NCBI GenBank assembly: GCA_937139465.1
Contig: CAKZQE010000239.1
Coordinates: 4,584-28,583 of the forward strand
DNA: 24,000 nucleotides
Direction of reading: 5' to 3'
Origin: an uncultured Gammaproteobacteria bacterium
GTDB lineage: Bacteria > Pseudomonadota > Gammaproteobacteria > Pseudomonadales > Litorivicinaceae
Positions 15,213-23,505 of the stretch are shown here, one piece after another. How positions within the stretch are numbered: the stretch's first letter is position 1; every line of letters begins with the position of its first letter. The notes beneath the pieces are model-generated. The model had not been told where the DNA came from and ran no database searches. It saw only the letters and a program-made list of their open reading frames with translations. The position numbers and the translations under genes were made by a program.

Positions 15213-16808
15213 GTGGTTACTTCGCGTACACGAGTGGCCGATCGCCCGGCCTTCGACCGCTTTTACGCCTTTGACGTTGACCGTGCTGCGCTAGCGGACG
15301 GGGTCTGGTTTCGTGTCAAAGCGCGCGGGTTGTTGAGCTTGCCGGTGGCTCTGGAGTCCCCGGGGGATTACCTCGCCCGCAGTGGCCGCGACAGCATTGT
15401 CCAGTCGGTTTATTTCGGCGCGCTGGGCACGGTGTCCTTGATGAGTCTGCTGTTTGCGCTGGCGCTGCGGCAGTCTGCCTACGGGTTTTTCGCCCTATTT
15501 AGTCTGGCCGTGGTGCTGCGTCTTCTGGGTAAAACCGGTGTCGGCTTTGCGGTGCTGTGGCCCGATTCCCCTGGTTTTAACGAGCGGGTCCCTGAATTTG
15601 CGACCCTGCTGGCGGGTATTGGTTTTTTTGGCTTTATTCGCTCGTTTTTGTCCCTCAAGCAGCGCTTGCCCTGGGCGGATAAGGCGCTGGCCACGGTACT
15701 GGTGTTGCTGGTGCTGCTGCTGGGGTTCGCCATGGTCGAGTCTTTGGCACCCATTGCCGACACCGGCGTGTCGCTACTAATGATGGCGGCTGCGCTACTG
15801 GTGGCCGGCATTGTGCTGTCCTTGGCACGTGAGCGAATTCCTGAGATGCCCCTGTTTTTGGCGGCCTGCGGATCGATGGTCATCGGTACCCTGGTCACCG
15901 GGCTGGCGGATTTTGGCTGGATTGCATCGACGCCCCTGACACGCTCGGCGTTACAAGTTGGTGCGGGGGTGGACGTGGTCTTGCTTGCCTTTGCCAGCGC
16001 GCGACAGCTGTGGCTGGACCGGGCGGAGCGTATTGCATTGCTGGAAATGCGCGAGGCCGCCCTGTCGGGCGAAGTCGCCCACCAGCAGAGCGAACTGAGT
16101 CTGGCGGCGGATGAAAAAGCCCGCTTGTTCGACGACTTTTATCGTTTTCAGCGCTTTTTGGCCCACGACGTGCGCAACCCCCTGGGCGTTATCCGCAATC
16201 AGGCGCGGCTGTTGACCCGGGCGGTTAACGACGACTCGGCGCAACGTGAACGTCGGCTGGACGTGATCGACCGCAGTGTCAGCAAACTGGCTTGGTTGTT
16301 TGATACCTGGCTGGTTTCGCAGCGGCTGTCGATGGGTCATTACACGGATGCTGATTCGCTGCAGCGCGAGCCCGAGCGGGTCGCGGACCTAGTGGAGGAA
16401 GCGTTGCGCCGCGGCCCGGGCGCGCTCGCCGGCCGGGTGACGGTGTCGGTGCATCCGTCCGCTGACAGTGTGGATTTGGACAAGCAGCTGTTTTTGCTGT
16501 TGCTCGGTAACCTGCTTGAGAACGCGGAAAAGTACGGGCAACCCGATGCGCTCGTGGCGCTGGAGGCCTGGCGGGATGGCAATGACTGGGTGTTCGAGTG
16601 CCGCACGCCGGGCCCGCGTATTCCCCAGAGCAGCCTGGAATGGGTCTTTGACGAGGGTGTTCAGGTCGATGACGCCCAGCCCGGTCAGGGCATTGGGCTC
16701 GCCCTGTGCCGGCGGGTGATGGCGTTGCATGGCGGATCCATATCGATCAACCCGGACTACGTAGAGGGGGTGGCGGTGCGCTGTCGCCTGCCGGTGAATT
16801 CTGACTGA
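15213..16808 (+). CDS. 7TMR-DISM-type sensor histidine kinase, apparently N-terminally truncated (possible pseudogene)
   Basis: Seven hydrophobic helices lie between about aa 65 and 270. The H-box FLAHDVRNPL, N-box LLENAEKYG and G2 GQGIGLALC are present. The ORF begins at GTG 15213, 18 nt after an in-frame TAG (15192-15194). Only about 60 aa resembling the C-terminal end of a 7TMR-DISMED2 domain precede TM1, and there is no signal peptide. Confidence 0.7.
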   Translation: MVTSRTRVADRPAFDRFYAFDVDRAALADGVWFRVKARGLLSLPVALESPGDYLARSGRDSIVQSVYFGALGTVSLMSLLFALALRQSAYGFFALFSLAVVLRLLGKTGVGFAVLWPDSPGFNERVPEFATLLAGIGFFGFIRSFLSLKQRLPWADKALATVLVLLVLLLGFAMVESLAPIADTGVSLLMMAAALLVAGIVLSLARERIPEMPLFLAACGSMVIGTLVTGLADFGWIASTPLTRSALQVGAGVDVVLLAFASARQLWLDRAERIALLEMREAALSGEVAHQQSELSLAADEKARLFDDFYRFQRFLAHDVRNPLGVIRNQARLLTRAVNDDSAQRERRLDVIDRSVSKLAWLFDTWLVSQRLSMGHYTDADSLQREPERVADLVEEALRRGPGALAGRVTVSVHPSADSVDLDKQLFLLLLGNLLENAEKYGQPDALVALEAWRDGNDWVFECRTPGPRIPQSSLEWVFDEGVQVDDAQPGQGIGLALCRRVMALHGGSISINPDYVEGVAVRCRLPVNSD

Positions 16809-16882
16809 TAGTGTCGGATTGTGTCGCGATGCAGGCATTTGTCGCGGTATACACTCGCGGTTCACGAGTAACGGATGCCTAG

Positions 16883-17573
16883 ATGAGCCTGCGAATCCTG
16901 GTTTTGGAAGATGACGCTGAGTTGTGCGACTCAATGGTTGAGCTGCTCAATCTAGAGGGTTATCCGACAACGGGTGTGCGCTCGTTGGCCGGTTTCAAAG
17001 CCTGGCGGGCGAACCATACCTGTGACGTTCTGATCGCCGATCGCCGATCGCGGCCTAGCTGACGGCGATGGGCTGGAAGCCGTTGTTCAATTTAAGTCAT
17101 TCAGTCACGGGGTGGCTATTGTGGTGACGGCCCAAGGCGATGTCAGCCAGCGTATCGAAGGGCTGCACGCGGATGCGGACCTGTACCTCGTTAAACCTGT
17201 ACATTTCGATGAACTGCTCGCGGCGGTGCAAAAGGCCGCGCGCGCCCTCAAAGCAGATACGCTTGACGGGCGTTGGATGGTCGACCCCAGTGCCTGGACC
17301 CTGAGTGCTCCGGCCGGCGAGCCGGTGCCGCTAACCGGGCGGGAGCTGGCGCTGCTAACGGTCTTTATTGAGCGCTCGGGGATCACGGTCGACCGTCACA
17401 GCCTGATTCAAGCCTTGGGGGGCGACCCTAGCAGTTTCGACAGTCGTCGCCTTGAGGTCAGCGTCCGCCGCTTGCGCAACAAGGTGTTGAAGACCGCCGG
17501 CGTACCCTTGCCCTTGAAGACGGTTTACGGGCAGGGCTTTGTGTTTACCGCAGGGCTGGGTCGTAGCGGGTAG
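16883..17573 (+). pseudogene. OmpR/PhoB-family response regulator interrupted by a +7 frameshift (7-bp tandem duplication)
   Basis: ATG 16883 reads MSLRILVLEDDAELC...CDVLIADRRSRPS and stops at 17060-17062. The rest of the receiver (DGDGLEAVV...VVTAQGD...LYLVKP) and the winged-helix domain (LTGRELALL...RRLRNKV...TVYGQGFVF) continue in the +1 frame to 17573. Removing one ATCGCCG copy fuses both parts into a 227-aa protein. Confidence 0.8.
17033..17053 (+). repeat. Heptanucleotide tandem repeat: ATCGCCG ATCGCCG ATCGCGG
   Basis: Two perfect copies lie at 17033-17039 and 17040-17046, followed by a 6/7 copy at 17047-17053. The repeat sits at the codon for the phospho-acceptor Asp of the regulator. 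Confidence 0.9.
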
Positions 17574-17677
17574 CGGGCGAGCGAAAATATCTAGGTGCCT
17601 GGTAAGGTGGTCCGGTGAGGTGGGCGCCCGATACTTGCTGCGACAGGCCTCGAACTAGTCAACGGAGATAAGCCAAC

Positions 17678-18514
17678 ATGCATTGGATAATATTTTTGCT
17701 ATTGGCGCTAGGCGGCTGCTCGTCCCTCCCTACCCCTGCTGAACGAGCCGCAAACGCGCGTGCTCTGGCTCCCGGTTGGGACTGGAGTGAATGGACGGAT
17801 CTTGATGACCGCCGACTGGCCTGGGCGAAACCGGGGAGCGCAGATAAACCAGGCCCGCAAGTGCTCGTGATTGAAGGCGATGGCTTCGCATTCGTGACTT
17901 CCAGCCGCCCCTCGCTGAACCCAACGCCCCTGAATCCCGTGGGTTTGCGTATTGCGACCGCGCTAGATGAGGCGCCCGGGGTATCTGCGGCCTATGTGGC
18001 GCGCCCGTGCCAGTACGTCCAGGACCCAGGGTGTCGTCAGGATGACTGGACGGACGGTCGGTACACCCAGTCAGTGGTGGATCGCTATCAACGATTTTTA
18101 GCGGCCCGCTTTCCGGATACCCCGCTTGTGTTGGTCGGCTATTCAGGGGGCGGCTTGATTGCCGCAGGGGTGGCTCAGCGTGATCCAAGGGTGATTGGGC
18201 TGGTGACGGTCGCCGGCAACATCGATGTCAGCCCCTGGCTGGCGCATCACCGCTTGCCTGCGATGAACAGGGCCGTGGACCCGGCCGCCAATGCGGGCCG
18301 TCTTGTGGGGTTACCCCAGGTCCATCTCGCCGGTCAGCGCGATCGGGTGGTGCCGCCCAGCATCGCCGAGTCATTTGCCCGGCGATCGGGCATTGACCCC
18401 GACCAATCTGTCCGTTTGGTCGACGCCAGTCACGGGTGCTGCTGGGATCAGGCAGCGACAGCGGCGGTGGCTGAGGTGTTAGCCGACATAAAAAAGGGGC
18501 GCGAGTCGAATTGA
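17678..18514 (+). CDS. Lipoprotein, alpha/beta-hydrolase fold (serine hydrolase of unknown specificity)
   Basis: The signal peptide and lipobox-like sequence MHWIIFLLLALGGC end in Cys14. The nucleophile-elbow motif GYSGGG is present, with candidate Asp (GQRDRVVP) and His (DASHG) residues downstream. Confidence 0.65.
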   Translation: MHWIIFLLLALGGCSSLPTPAERAANARALAPGWDWSEWTDLDDRRLAWAKPGSADKPGPQVLVIEGDGFAFVTSSRPSLNPTPLNPVGLRIATALDEAPGVSAAYVARPCQYVQDPGCRQDDWTDGRYTQSVVDRYQRFLAARFPDTPLVLVGYSGGGLIAAGVAQRDPRVIGLVTVAGNIDVSPWLAHHRLPAMNRAVDPAANAGRLVGLPQVHLAGQRDRVVPPSIAESFARRSGIDPDQSVRLVDASHGCCWDQAATAAVAEVLADIKKGRESN

Positions 18515-18531
18515 CCTTACGCCCCTTTTTT
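18490..18531. terminator. Bidirectional intrinsic terminator between convergent genes
   Basis: AAAAAAGGGGCG (18490-18501) pairs with CGCCCCTTTTTT (18520-18531) around an 18-nt loop that contains the lipoprotein stop codon. The A-run and T-run allow termination in both directions. Confidence 0.6.
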
Positions 18532-18564
18532 GGTGCCGTTAGATTTAGGGTGCTAGAGGCAACA

Positions 18565-19002
18565 CTAAACCGTATTCAATGGCACCTGATACAGCTCATC
18601 CACTGACTTTACTCGGCGCCCGACAGGCCACAGGGCCACCACCGCAAGCTTGAATGCCTGCAGCCCGAATGGGATCAGGATGATGGTGACGCAGGCAATC
18701 AGCCCCGCCACAACGAAACTGATAAACAACGACAAGCCAAAGGTCAGCAGCCACAGCACATTGAAGATAAATCCAATGACGCCGGTTAGCTGGGCCACGC
18801 CGTCGGTGCGGTGATCCAGGTCACGCACGTGCACCACGGTTTTGCCAAACGGGAACGCGGACATTTTCGCCAGTTCCAACGCGCTGCGTGTCAGGGGTAA
18901 GCCAATAATTGAGATCGCAAATACCAGACCGCCCAGTAGCCACATCAGGGCCAGCCACCAGCCGAATAAAACAAACCAAAGAATGTTGCCGATCAGACGC
19001 AT
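18565..19002 (-). CDS. yccF: YccF-family inner membrane protein (two DUF307 repeats)
   Basis: From ATG 19002 the protein reads MRLIGNILWFVLFGWWLAL...GLPLTRSALELAKMSAFPFGK...NVLWLLTFGLSL...PFGLQAFKLAVVALWPVG. Its length of 145 aa is close to E. coli YccF (148 aa). The track ORF extension to 19110 is unlikely. Confidence 0.8.
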   Translation of the reverse strand: MRLIGNILWFVLFGWWLALMWLLGGLVFAISIIGLPLTRSALELAKMSAFPFGKTVVHVRDLDHRTDGVAQLTGVIGFIFNVLWLLTFGLSLFISFVVAGLIACVTIILIPFGLQAFKLAVVALWPVGRRVKSVDELYQVPLNTV

Positions 19003-19150
19003 GGAGCCTCGCTTGATTATCTGAGAAGGAGGGCGCTTCGCCCTTGCCGGTAAGGCATTAAGCGAACCGCTATGGACTGGATGTTGGCGCGGCATGGATC
19101 CGGCCGCCATGTGCCTTGGTACTGGGGTTCAAGCGACAGATCTTGATAAC

Positions 19151-19280
19151 CAGAGCAACCGAGCCCGTTATGCGAAGGGCTCTACGGCCGGCCAGCGGCC
19201 GCCGTAGGAGCGAAGCGCCCCGGAGCAAACGGCGCTCGGTGATTGCATCCAAGCGCCCCGGAGCAACCGGGGCTCGGCGA
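19151..19280. repeat. REP-like array of GC-rich hairpins, including a 30-nt direct repeat (27/30 identical)
   Basis: Direct repeat copy 1 is AAGCGCCCCGGAGCAAACGGCGCTCGGTGA (19213-19242). Copy 2 is AAGCGCCCCGGAGCAACCGGGGCTCGGCGA (19251-19280). Further hairpins are GAGCCC-N10-GGGCTC (19161-19182) and CTACGGC-N12-GCCGTAG (19182-19207). Confidence 0.7.
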
Positions 19281-19286
19281 CACCCG

Positions 19287-20957
19287 TTATTTGGGGGTGG
19301 TGACCGCCCCTTCGCTTGCCGGCGCTGCCAGCGCCGCGAACTTGGCGAGTACGCCCTTCTTCGGCATGGCTTTGGTCATACGCCATGACTTGCGGCGCTC
19401 CGCCAACTCAGCGTCGCTCAGATCGACAAAGATGCGGTTCTCGACCGCATCGATGGTGATTTGGTCGCCATCGCGGAGCAATCCGATCGGCCCGCCGACG
19501 GCGGCTTCCGGCGTGATGTGACCGATAACGAAGCCGTGCGACCCACCACTGAAACGGCCGTCGGTGATCAGCGCCACGCTGTCACCCAGGCCTTTGCCCA
19601 TGATCGCGCCGGTGGGGGACAGCATTTCGCGCATGCCCGGGCCACCCTTGGGGCCTTCATAGCGGATAACGACGACATCGCCGGCGACGATTGAGCCGTC
19701 AAGGATGGCTTTCAGTGATTCTTCTTCCGAGCCGAAGCAGCGCGCGGTACCGGTGAAGTCGGTGCCTTCTTTGCCGGTGATTTTGGCCATGGCGCCCTCG
19801 GGTGCCAGGTTGCCGTACAACACGCGCAGGTGGCTGTCCGCTTTGATGGGGTTATCCAGCGCGCGAATGATGTCCTGCTCGGCCGGGTAGGGCTGAACGT
19901 CGGCCAGGTTTTCGGCCATGGTTTTGCCTGTCACGGTCATCACGTCGCCATGCAACATGCCCGCGTCCAACAGCGTCTTCATCACCGGGCGGATGCCGCC
20001 GATGGCGATCAGCTCACTCATCAGGTAGCGGCCTGACGGTTTGACGTCAGCCAATACCGGGACCTTTTTACCGATGCGTGTGAAGTCATCCAGCGTCAGC
20101 GGGACGTTGGCTTCGTGGGCAATCGCCAGCAGGTGCAGGACGGCGTTGGTCGATCCACCGAGGGCAATAACGACGGTGATGGCGTTTTCAAACGCCTTAC
20201 GGCACAGGATGTCGCTGGGCTTGATGTCTTTTTCGATCAAATTGACGACGGCTTCACCGGCGCGCTGACAGTCGACCAGCTTGTCGCCGCTGACCGCTTC
20301 CTGCGCTGATGAGTTCGGCAGCGACAGACCCAAAGCTTCGATCGCACTGGCCATGGTGTTGGCGGTGTACATGCCGCCGCAGGAACCGGGTCCGGGAATC
20401 GCAGTTTTCTCGACGGCGATCAGTTCGGCGTCGTCAATTTTGCCGCCGGCGTGGGCGCCTACCGCTTCAAATACGCTGACGATGTCACGGCGCTGCTCGC
20501 CGGGTTTGATGGTGCCGCCGTATACGAACACGCTGGGGCGATCCAAGCGCGCCATGGCCATGACGCAGCCGGGCATGTTTTTGTCACAACCGCCGATCGT
20601 CACAACGCCGTCAAAGCCTTGGCCGCCGACGACCGTTTCGATCGAGTCGGCAATCACTTCGCGGCTAACCAGGCTGTAGCGCATCCCGGGGGTGCCCATG
20701 CTGATGCCGTCGGAGACGGTGATGGTGTTGAACAGGACACCCTTGCCGCCGGCGGCGTTGACGCCCTTGATGGATTCGTCAGCCAGCTCGTTGATGTGCA
20801 TGTTGCACGGCGTGACCATGCTCCATGTGCTGGCAACACCGACCTGCGGCTTTTTGAAGTCCGCGTCTTCGAAACCCACGGCACGCAACATGGCGCGGCT
20901 GGGTGCTTGGGGAACGCCGTCTACGATGACGGAAGAATATTTACGCTTGTCGCTCAT
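19287..20957 (-). CDS. ilvD: Dihydroxy-acid dehydratase
   Basis: 556 aa. Motifs present: N-terminal [10 protein letters not shown], the Fe-S ligand region GGCDKNMPG, and [21 protein letters not shown]. Confidence 0.92.
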   Translation of the reverse strand: MSDKRKYSSVIVDGVPQAPSRAMLRAVGFEDADFKKPQVGVASTWSMVTPCNMHINELADESIKGVNAAGGKGVLFNTITVSDGISMGTPGMRYSLVSREVIADSIETVVGGQGFDGVVTIGGCDKNMPGCVMAMARLDRPSVFVYGGTIKPGEQRRDIVSVFEAVGAHAGGKIDDAELIAVEKTAIPGPGSCGGMYTANTMASAIEALGLSLPNSSAQEAVSGDKLVDCQRAGEAVVNLIEKDIKPSDILCRKAFENAITVVIALGGSTNAVLHLLAIAHEANVPLTLDDFTRIGKKVPVLADVKPSGRYLMSELIAIGGIRPVMKTLLDAGMLHGDVMTVTGKTMAENLADVQPYPAEQDIIRALDNPIKADSHLRVLYGNLAPEGAMAKITGKEGTDFTGTARCFGSEEESLKAILDGSIVAGDVVVIRYEGPKGGPGMREMLSPTGAIMGKGLGDSVALITDGRFSGGSHGFVIGHITPEAAVGGPIGLLRDGDQITIDAVENRIFVDLSDAELAERRKSWRMTKAMPKKGVLAKFAALAAPASEGAVTTPK

Positions 20958-20964
20958 GTCAGTC

Positions 20965-22245
20965 CTACAGGGTCTTTACCATTACTTTGGAGGCGCGCTG
21001 CCAGTTGTAGAGCGCCTTTCGCGCGCTCGGCAGTGCATCCACGTTCGCTTTTTCGAAGCCTTTCTCTTGGAACCAGTGTTCGGCCACGGTGGTCAGTACC
21101 CACAGCCGATTTAGGCCCAATTGGGCGGCGTCTTTTTCAATTCGGTGGAGGAGATTATCACCCAGATCGCCCCCTTGGTAATCCGGGTGGACGGCGACGC
21201 AGGCAATTTCAGCTTCGCCCTCGTCCAGCGGGTATAGCGCGGCGCAGCCAATCAGCGTGCGATCGCGCTCGACGACCACAAATCGGTCGACCTCGGTTTC
21301 CAGCCGCTCGCGTTCGCGCTTGACCAGAAAACCCATTTCCTCCATCGGCTTTAGCAGCTCGATCAGGTTGCCAATGTCACGGGCTTCGGCCCGGCGCAGA
21401 CGCTCGTAGGCGGTTCGATACACCAAGGTGCCGACCCCGTCCCGGGTGAATAGCTCGTCCAGCAGCACGCCGTCCTGACGCCAATTCAGCAGGTGCACGC
21501 GTTCAACGCCGCGGTGGCAGGCGTCCGCCGCCAGTTGCAGGGCGTCGCGCTGGTTCGGTTCGATCTGTTCAATCACGTCGCCCAGCTCGCTGGCCGCCAG
21601 CTCCAGCAGCGGCTGCCCGTTTATCTCCGTCGGCCAATGTTTGCCCAGCACAATCAGTTTGTCCGCGGTCAGCGTGGTCGCGAGTTTCTGGGCCACCTCA
21701 TGCAGGCGCAGGTTAAAGGTCTCGCCAGTCAGGGAGTGGCCTAAACAGGACACCAAGACCAGGTCGCCGTTGTCCAAGTGCCGGTTGATCGCAGCGCCGT
21801 CGACCGATCGCACGCAGCCGGTGTGCTGCATATCAACGCCGTTGATGACGCCCAGCGGGCGGCCCTGAATAAAGTTGCCGCCGACCACCCGCACCCGGGC
21901 ATGGGCCATGGGGCTGTTTGGCATGCCCTGGGAAAGTAAGGCCTCCAGTTGCAGGCGCGTCGCACCGGCGGCGGCCAGGACCTGGGTTTGGGCGGCGGCG
22001 GGTGTGATGCGCCGGCCTTGGTGAAATTCTGGGGTGTGACCGGCGGCGGTCAGTAGGGCGTCCAACTGTGGCCGGTAGCCGTGCACCACCACCACCTTGA
22101 GGCCCAGCGCCTGCAGTAGCGCAATGTCATGCACCAGGCTTGAGGCTTCCGGGATGGCTTGGCCGGGCACCATGATGACCACGCGTTTGTTGCGGTGCTC
22201 ATGGATGTAGGGGGCCATGGCCCGGAATTGGTTTGCCGTTGTCAT
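20965..22245 (-). CDS. argA: Amino-acid N-acetyltransferase (N-acetylglutamate synthase): amino-acid kinase fold plus GNAT
   Basis: 426 aa. The N-terminus [22 protein letters not shown] and [12 protein letters not shown] match the AAK domain. The C-terminal GNAT region reads [17 protein letters not shown]. The start overlaps the argE stop (ATGA). Confidence 0.9.
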   Translation of the reverse strand: MTTANQFRAMAPYIHEHRNKRVVIMVPGQAIPEASSLVHDIALLQALGLKVVVVHGYRPQLDALLTAAGHTPEFHQGRRITPAAAQTQVLAAAGATRLQLEALLSQGMPNSPMAHARVRVVGGNFIQGRPLGVINGVDMQHTGCVRSVDGAAINRHLDNGDLVLVSCLGHSLTGETFNLRLHEVAQKLATTLTADKLIVLGKHWPTEINGQPLLELAASELGDVIEQIEPNQRDALQLAADACHRGVERVHLLNWRQDGVLLDELFTRDGVGTLVYRTAYERLRRAEARDIGNLIELLKPMEEMGFLVKRERERLETEVDRFVVVERDRTLIGCAALYPLDEGEAEIACVAVHPDYQGGDLGDNLLHRIEKDAAQLGLNRLWVLTTVAEHWFQEKGFEKANVDALPSARKALYNWQRASKVMVKTL

Positions 22246-23381
22246 AAACAGTGCTTTTGAATCAGTGACTTAATGATGTCCATACTCTGCTGTGCTTGGT
22301 CGATCGGCAAGTATTCATTGGGTTGGTGGGCGACGTCGATGCTGCCCGGCCCCATCACCACGACTTCCATGTCCAGCGCCGCTAAAAAGGGTGCTTCGGT
22401 ACCAAACCCGACCGTGATTGGGTCGTGGCCGGTGAGTTCAGCACAGTGATCCAGCAGCTCGCCGCCTGTGTTGCCAAAGGGCGGCACCGCGGCAAACAGC
22501 GGTGTACGGGTGATCTCGGCGCCTGTTTGCTCAGCCACCTGGGCAAGCCGGCTGTCGATTTGGGCGCGCAGTGCGTCCGGATCCAGGCCCGGGGTCGGGC
22601 GTAAATCAAAATCGAGGGCGCAATCGGCACAGACGCGATTTGGCGCATCGCCGCCGTGGATGCAGCCCAGGTTCAGTGACGGCCAGGGCACGCTAAAACC
22701 CGGGTCCAGGTGGTTGGTTTTGAGGGTGTTGCGGTAGTCATGTAGCTCGCCGATGACGGCATGCATGGCATCAAGGGCGCTGACGCCCAAGTCAGGGTTT
22801 GAGCTGTGGGCGGACTGGCCATTGATGTTGATACGCTCCATCAATATGCCCTTGTGCGCTCGCACCGGGACCAGCCCCGTGGGCTCGCCAATCACGGCAA
22901 AGCGCGCCCGGGGGTAGCCGGCTTGGGCCAGTGCCCGTGCCCCGTCCATGCTCGACTCTTCGTCGGCGGTCCCCAACAAAATCAGCGGTTCGCGCAGCTG
23001 CCTCGGGTTAAGTTCGCTAACGGCCGTCAAGGCCAGGGCCAAAAAGCCCTTCATATCCGTCGAGCCCAGGCCGTGCAGGCGATTGTCCACCTGTGTCAGC
23101 ACAAAGGGGTCGCTGTCCCAGCCGTTCTCATCAAAGGGCACCGTGTCCGTATGGCCGGATAGCACCAGCCCGCCGGCGCCCTCACCCAGGGTCGCCAATA
23201 GATTGAACTTGCCCGGGCTGACCTGCATTTTTTCGCACCGAAAACCCAAGGTTTCCGCCCAGGTGGCAAGGGCGTCGATCACGGGTTCGTTCGACGTGTC
23301 CAGTTCGGGGCTGGCGGACGAAATGGTGCGGTGCGCGACCAGTTCGGTCAGCATGTCCATCCAGCTGGGTAAGGCGGTCAT
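22242..23381 (-). CDS. argE: Acetylornithine deacetylase (M20 peptidase family)
   Basis: 379 aa. Motifs present: LVLSGHTDTVP, GLGSTDMKGF and GTADEES. The gene is adjacent to and coupled with argA. Confidence 0.85.
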   Translation of the reverse strand: MTALPSWMDMLTELVAHRTISSASPELDTSNEPVIDALATWAETLGFRCEKMQVSPGKFNLLATLGEGAGGLVLSGHTDTVPFDENGWDSDPFVLTQVDNRLHGLGSTDMKGFLALALTAVSELNPRQLREPLILLGTADEESSMDGARALAQAGYPRARFAVIGEPTGLVPVRAHKGILMERININGQSAHSSNPDLGVSALDAMHAVIGELHDYRNTLKTNHLDPGFSVPWPSLNLGCIHGGDAPNRVCADCALDFDLRPTPGLDPDALRAQIDSRLAQVAEQTGAEITRTPLFAAVPPFGNTGGELLDHCAELTGHDPITVGFGTEAPFLAALDMEVVVMGPGSIDVAHQPNEYLPIDQAQQSMDIIKSLIQKHCL

Positions 23382-23505
23382 GGCGATCCTTTCTTAGAAG
23401 GTGACGAATGACCCGAGTATGGACTAAGGCTGTCGCGATGGCATCGGTTGCGGTCGTCTCAGCGCCCTAGGCTGGTTATATTTCGCTTCGCTTTGAGGGC
23501 TGTGC

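Noticed and set aside
17033-17053. Interpreting the heptamer repeat as programmed ribosomal frameshifting or bona fide phase variation.
   Set aside because: There is no slippery-site plus stimulatory-structure arrangement for frameshifting. Two to three repeat units is far fewer than in established contingency loci. It is kept as a finding only as a duplication or possible error that needs read-level confirmation.
19213-19280. Two 30-nt direct repeats, considered as a possible minimal CRISPR array.
   Set aside because: There are only two copies, they are separated by an 8-nt spacer, and they are imperfect (27/30). No cas genes or leader are present. The internal palindromes and neighbouring hairpins fit REP-like elements instead.
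23382-23505. Search for an ArgR operator (E. coli ARG box TNTGAATWWWWATTCANW, or the Pseudomonas TGTCGC-N8-AA type) in the argE / CYTH divergent region.
   Set aside because: A single TGTCGC occurs at 23440-23445 (within CTGTCGCGATGGCAT), but the downstream AA spacing and the second half-site do not fit. No palindromic ARG box is visible. A -10-like TATATT (23477-23482) is noted but is too weak to list as a feature.
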